Source: Candidatus Omnitrophota bacterium
GTDB taxonomy: Bacteria; Omnitrophota; Gorgyraeia; B26-G9
NCBI GenBank assembly: GCA_043814605.1
Contig: JBDRJV010000007.1
Span: 131,354 to 195,353 of the forward strand
Length of the DNA stretch: 64,000 nucleotides
Reading direction: 5' to 3'
Below are positions 61,175 to 64,000 of this stretch, in pieces. A model generated the notes under the pieces. That model made no database searches. It was not told where the DNA came from and was given only the letters and a program-made list of their open reading frames with translations. The position numbers were made by a program, and so were the translations under genes. How positions within the stretch are numbered: the first letter of the stretch is position 1; each line of letters opens with the position of its first letter.

Positions 61175-61474
61175 ATGCTGGATAAATTAAAAAATATTTT
61201 TGAAACACAGAAGAAAATGAACGAAATAAAAAAGGAACTTGAAAATATTAGTGTTAATTATGAAACAGCTAATCAAGGTATGAAAATTTGTATGAGCGGT
61301 ACGCAAAAGGTTATTTCTTTTAATATTAACTCTGAATATTTAGCAAAAGTAGATAAGTCAGTACTAGAAAAGGATTTGGTGCAATGTGTTAATGGCGCAT
61401 CAGATAAAGTACAACGGGTAGCAGCGGAAAAGCTGAAATCCTCTTTGGGTGATTTAAAAATTCCCGGTGTATAA
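61175..61474 (+). CDS. ybaB: YbaB/EbfC family nucleoid-associated protein
   Basis: 99 aa. NEIKKELENISVNYETANQGMKICMSGTQKVISFNIN…DLVQCVNGASDKVQRVAAEKL matches the YbaB fold. The RBS GGAGGGG precedes the ATG. Confidence 0.7.
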   Translation: MLDKLKNIFETQKKMNEIKKELENISVNYETANQGMKICMSGTQKVISFNINSEYLAKVDKSVLEKDLVQCVNGASDKVQRVAAEKLKSSLGDLKIPGV

Positions 61475-61493
61475 TTTTTTTGGTATAGTTCTA

Positions 61494-61526
61494 AAGCTGC
61501 ATTTTTTGAAAATGCAGCTTTTTTAT
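61494..61526 (+). terminator. Rho-independent terminator after ybaB
   Basis: AAGCTGCATTTT-ttg-AAAATGCAGCTTTTTTATTT. Confidence 0.8.
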
Positions 61527-61608
61527 TTCGGCTGATTTTTGTACAAATAATGTTGAAATTTGGTTTGCTTGATATAAAATAAAAGTAAAAAGAAAAGAGA
61601 AAATTAAT

Positions 61609-61884
61609 TTGAAGAAGCAAGTTCATATTTTTTATTCTGGAATGGTACAGGGGGTTGGATTTCGCTATCGAACCCAATCAATTGCTCAAAAACTCGGATT
61701 AAGTGGTTGGGTTAAAAACCTGTCAGACGGAAGAGTAGAAGTACTGGCTGAGGGAGATTTAAAGACACTGCAGGAGTTTATAGGAATGATTGATTTAAGC
61801 TTGGGCGATTATATCCGTGAGCATCAGGATAGCTGGGAGGATTTAAGCGAAATTAAAAATAAGGGTTTTCAGATAAATTTTTAA
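61609..61884 (+). CDS. acyP: Acylphosphatase
   Basis: 91 aa with a TTG start. [45 protein letters not shown] contains the acylphosphatase signature VQGVGFR and G.V.N..DG.V. Confidence 0.8.
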   Translation: MKKQVHIFYSGMVQGVGFRYRTQSIAQKLGLSGWVKNLSDGRVEVLAEGDLKTLQEFIGMIDLSLGDYIREHQDSWEDLSEIKNKGFQINF

Positions 61885-61909
61885 AAATGATTGTAACTGT
61901 TTAAAAAAA

Positions 61910-62635
61910 ATGAGATATGGAATTTTTTCTGATGTTCATGCAAATTTAGAGGCGCTGGAAACAATATTATCAGCATTTAAAAAAGAACAAATAGATAAGT
62001 ATATTTGTTTGGGGGATATTGTCGGTTATGGAGCTGATCCTGATAAATGCATTACTTTGATCAAAAAGCTTGATTCGATTAATATTGCTGGTAATCATGA
62101 CTGGGCTGTAGCCGGAATCATGGATTACGCCGATTTTAGTCCTGATGCGGCTTATGCTGTTGCCTGGACACAAAATAAAATAACTAAAACAGATCACCTT
62201 TTCTTAAAAAAATTAGAATTAAAATATGAAGATAACAATTTATCTTGTGTACATAGTGCATTAGTTAATTCAGATAAATTTCCGTATATTTATAATTACG
62301 CAGATGCTTTAACATCATTTTATAAAATACGTAAAAATATTTGTTTTATCGGGCACACGCATATACCAAGGATTTTTTGTTTTAATGCAGAGACTATCTT
62401 AATCCTGGATAAAATGCATTTTAAAATAAATTTAGATCATTTATATTTATGTAATGTTGGCAGTGTGGGCCAGCCCAGAGATTATAATCCTCAAGCTGCT
62501 TACTGTATTTACGATACGAAAAAAAAGCTTGTTGAAATTAAAAGAATTAGCTATAATATAACCCAAGCGCAGTATAAAATTAGAAAAGCAAAATTACCGG
62601 AATTCCTTGCGAAAAGGATAAGTCAGGGACGATGA
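61910..62635 (+). CDS. Calcineurin-like metallophosphoesterase
   Basis: 241 aa with MRYGIFSDVHAN, LGDIVGYG, GNHD and GHTH blocks. Confidence 0.75.
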   Translation: MRYGIFSDVHANLEALETILSAFKKEQIDKYICLGDIVGYGADPDKCITLIKKLDSINIAGNHDWAVAGIMDYADFSPDAAYAVAWTQNKITKTDHLFLKKLELKYEDNNLSCVHSALVNSDKFPYIYNYADALTSFYKIRKNICFIGHTHIPRIFCFNAETILILDKMHFKINLDHLYLCNVGSVGQPRDYNPQAAYCIYDTKKKLVEIKRISYNITQAQYKIRKAKLPEFLAKRISQGR

Positions 62636-63123
62636 AGATTTTTTTTAAAATCACTAAAAGTTTATTGTTATTAGTATTGGGACTTTTTTTGTGTGGATTT
62701 GAAGCAGGAGTTCAAATCGGTGATCCGGAAGAGTCCGAAGAACTTGCCAATACCCCTGTTGTTAATTATGAAGAAACTGTAACTGCAGTAAAATCTGACC
62801 TGGAATTATATCAGCAATATTATGTAATCATTGTTTCTTCTTTAGAAGAGGCCAGTTTAACTTTAACGGATAATAATCAATGGGCTTACCGGATGGCGGA
62901 TAATGCTTATCGTTATATGACTTTATTGGAAAAATTCATAGAAACAGAGAAAAAATCAGAATTTTATAGACTTAAGGATACAATAAAACCTATAGTTGCC
63001 AAACTAAAAAATGGAAATATTTCTGTAAAAGAAACACTAGAAATTCAAACATCAATAAATGCAGTGGTTAAAATGATCAAATCTAATTTCCACCGAAAAA
63101 ATATAGACCAGGTTAAAGAATGA
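62632..63123 (+). CDS. Hypothetical secreted/membrane-anchored protein
   Basis: 163 aa with an N-terminal signal/anchor LLLLVLGLFLCGF. The remainder is acidic. Confidence 0.4.
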   Translation: MKIFFKITKSLLLLVLGLFLCGFEAGVQIGDPEESEELANTPVVNYEETVTAVKSDLELYQQYYVIIVSSLEEASLTLTDNNQWAYRMADNAYRYMTLLEKFIETEKKSEFYRLKDTIKPIVAKLKNGNISVKETLEIQTSINAVVKMIKSNFHRKNIDQVKE

Positions 63124-63725
63124 TTGTTGAAACAATTGTTGTGGGGGATTTGCAAACTAATTGCTATTTAGTTTATAATGAAACAACTAAAGCCGGGATT
63201 CTAATTGATCCTGGGGCAGATGAGTTAATCATAAAAAGTTTTTTAAAAAAAACCGGTGTTTCCTTAGCCGCGGTTATTTTAACGCACGGGCATTATGATC
63301 ATATCGGAATTATTGATAAGTTCAATGTGCCGGTGTATATACAGGAGAAGGATTATAAATTACTGGGTGATTCTGCGAGTAATCTTTCGGCAGTTTTCGG
63401 TAGAGGGAAAATTTTTAAAATCCAGGCGGAATTATTAAAAGAGCAAAAAGATTTAATTTTAGCAGGATTAAAGTTTAAGGTTTTATATACGCCAGGGCAT
63501 ACACCGGGAGGTATTTGTTTGCAGATTGGTTCGATTCTATTCAGTGGAGATACTTTATTTTTTCACGGAGTGGGCCGGACAGATTTACCGGGCGGGTCTT
63601 TTAAGCACTTAATGCAATCGATTAAAACGCAGCTACTCGTGCTGGAACCAAAAACAAAAGTTTTTCCTGGGCACGGACCACCGACAACGATTTTTGCTGA
63701 AATTAAAGAGAATGAATACGCATGA
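63120..63725 (+). CDS. MBL-fold metallo-hydrolase
   Basis: 201 aa with THGHYDHIG, a second metal site HTPGG and a terminal PGHGP. Confidence 0.8.
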   Translation: MIVETIVVGDLQTNCYLVYNETTKAGILIDPGADELIIKSFLKKTGVSLAAVILTHGHYDHIGIIDKFNVPVYIQEKDYKLLGDSASNLSAVFGRGKIFKIQAELLKEQKDLILAGLKFKVLYTPGHTPGGICLQIGSILFSGDTLFFHGVGRTDLPGGSFKHLMQSIKTQLLVLEPKTKVFPGHGPPTTIFAEIKENEYA

Positions 63726-64000
63726 TAAGTTTAACTGTAAGAGAAAGGTATTTATTTTTAGTTTATTTAGGTATAATACTTATAATCGGGCTTTATTTCG
63801 GCTTGTTTAGATTTGCTGTGCCAGCGCACTTTAACATTAATGAAAAAATAGTTCAAAATGAAAATATTTTAATTAAGATTTATGCAATTTTAAATAAAAA
63901 AGAAATTGTAGAAAAACAATACCATGCTTTTTTAAATAAGTTTAAACAAATTGATAAAGGAAAAATTGGCTCAACGGAAATTTTACAAGATATTAAAGGC
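63722..64000 (+). CDS. Hypothetical membrane protein (3' truncated by window end)
   Basis: The ATG overlaps the MBL stop (ATGA). The N-terminal TM is YLFLVYLGIILIIGLYFGLF. The ORF continues to the window edge. Confidence 0.4.
   Translation, partial: MISLTVRERYLFLVYLGIILIIGLYFGLFRFAVPAHFNINEKIVQNENILIKIYAILNKKEIVEKQYHAFLNKFKQIDKGKIGSTEILQDIKG

Overview
This 64-kb window comes from an AT-rich bacterial chromosome (phylum not determinable from the sequence alone). The genes are densely packed and almost all on the + strand; 56 of the 59 CDS called are on +. Most are recognisable housekeeping genes: tgt, yajC, secDF, rnfE, rnfA, a GT28 lipid glycosyltransferase, a family-4 UDG, a Xer recombinase, a CCA-adding enzyme, a DUF503 protein, rbfA, nrnA, truB, ribF, lysC, citramalate/isopropylmalate synthase, valS, nadC, pilT, uvrB, birA, coaX, groES, groEL, a GuaB3-like IMPDH-family protein, aspS, phoH, a 7TM-HD protein, ybeY, a dgkA–PAP2 fusion, recO, glyQS, ppdK, a sigma-70 factor, apt, ispH, ispA-like, ybaB, acyP and an MBL hydrolase. 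There are two tRNA-Arg genes (anticodons CCG and CCT). One intact IS4-family insertion sequence (1,323 bp with perfect 15-bp inverted repeats) sits between birA and coaX. A CIRCE operator lies upstream of groES-groEL. Several rho-independent terminators and sigma-70-type promoters are visible. The non-housekeeping content is listed below. (1) Arrays of degenerate tandem heptanucleotide repeats (CAGGCAA, TTGTAAC, AATGTTT, AGTAGAG, CTGGATN) recur at several loci. One copy is an in-frame ~66-nt insertion inside valS. Another tract is the target of the IS insertion. A third is a ~100-nt intergenic array next to tRNA-Arg(CCT). (2) A 699-aa secreted protein with no recognisable domain is wedged into the normally contiguous tgt–yajC–secDF cluster. 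(3) A 1,272-aa membrane-anchored HEAT-repeat/FN3-like protein opens the window. (4) An envelope-type accessory islet next to tRNA-Arg(CCT) encodes a TM/TPR-like protein, a membrane SGNH hydrolase, an ArnT/PMT-like polytopic protein and a secreted β-sandwich-like protein. (5) A PHP – PilZ – hotdog-thioesterase – 1,114-aa putative glycoside phosphorylase/hydrolase-like cluster lies between tRNA-Arg(CCT) and ispH. (6) An rnfE–rnfA pair lacks the other Rnf subunits. All functional calls are from motif-level reading of the translations; no database searches were possible.
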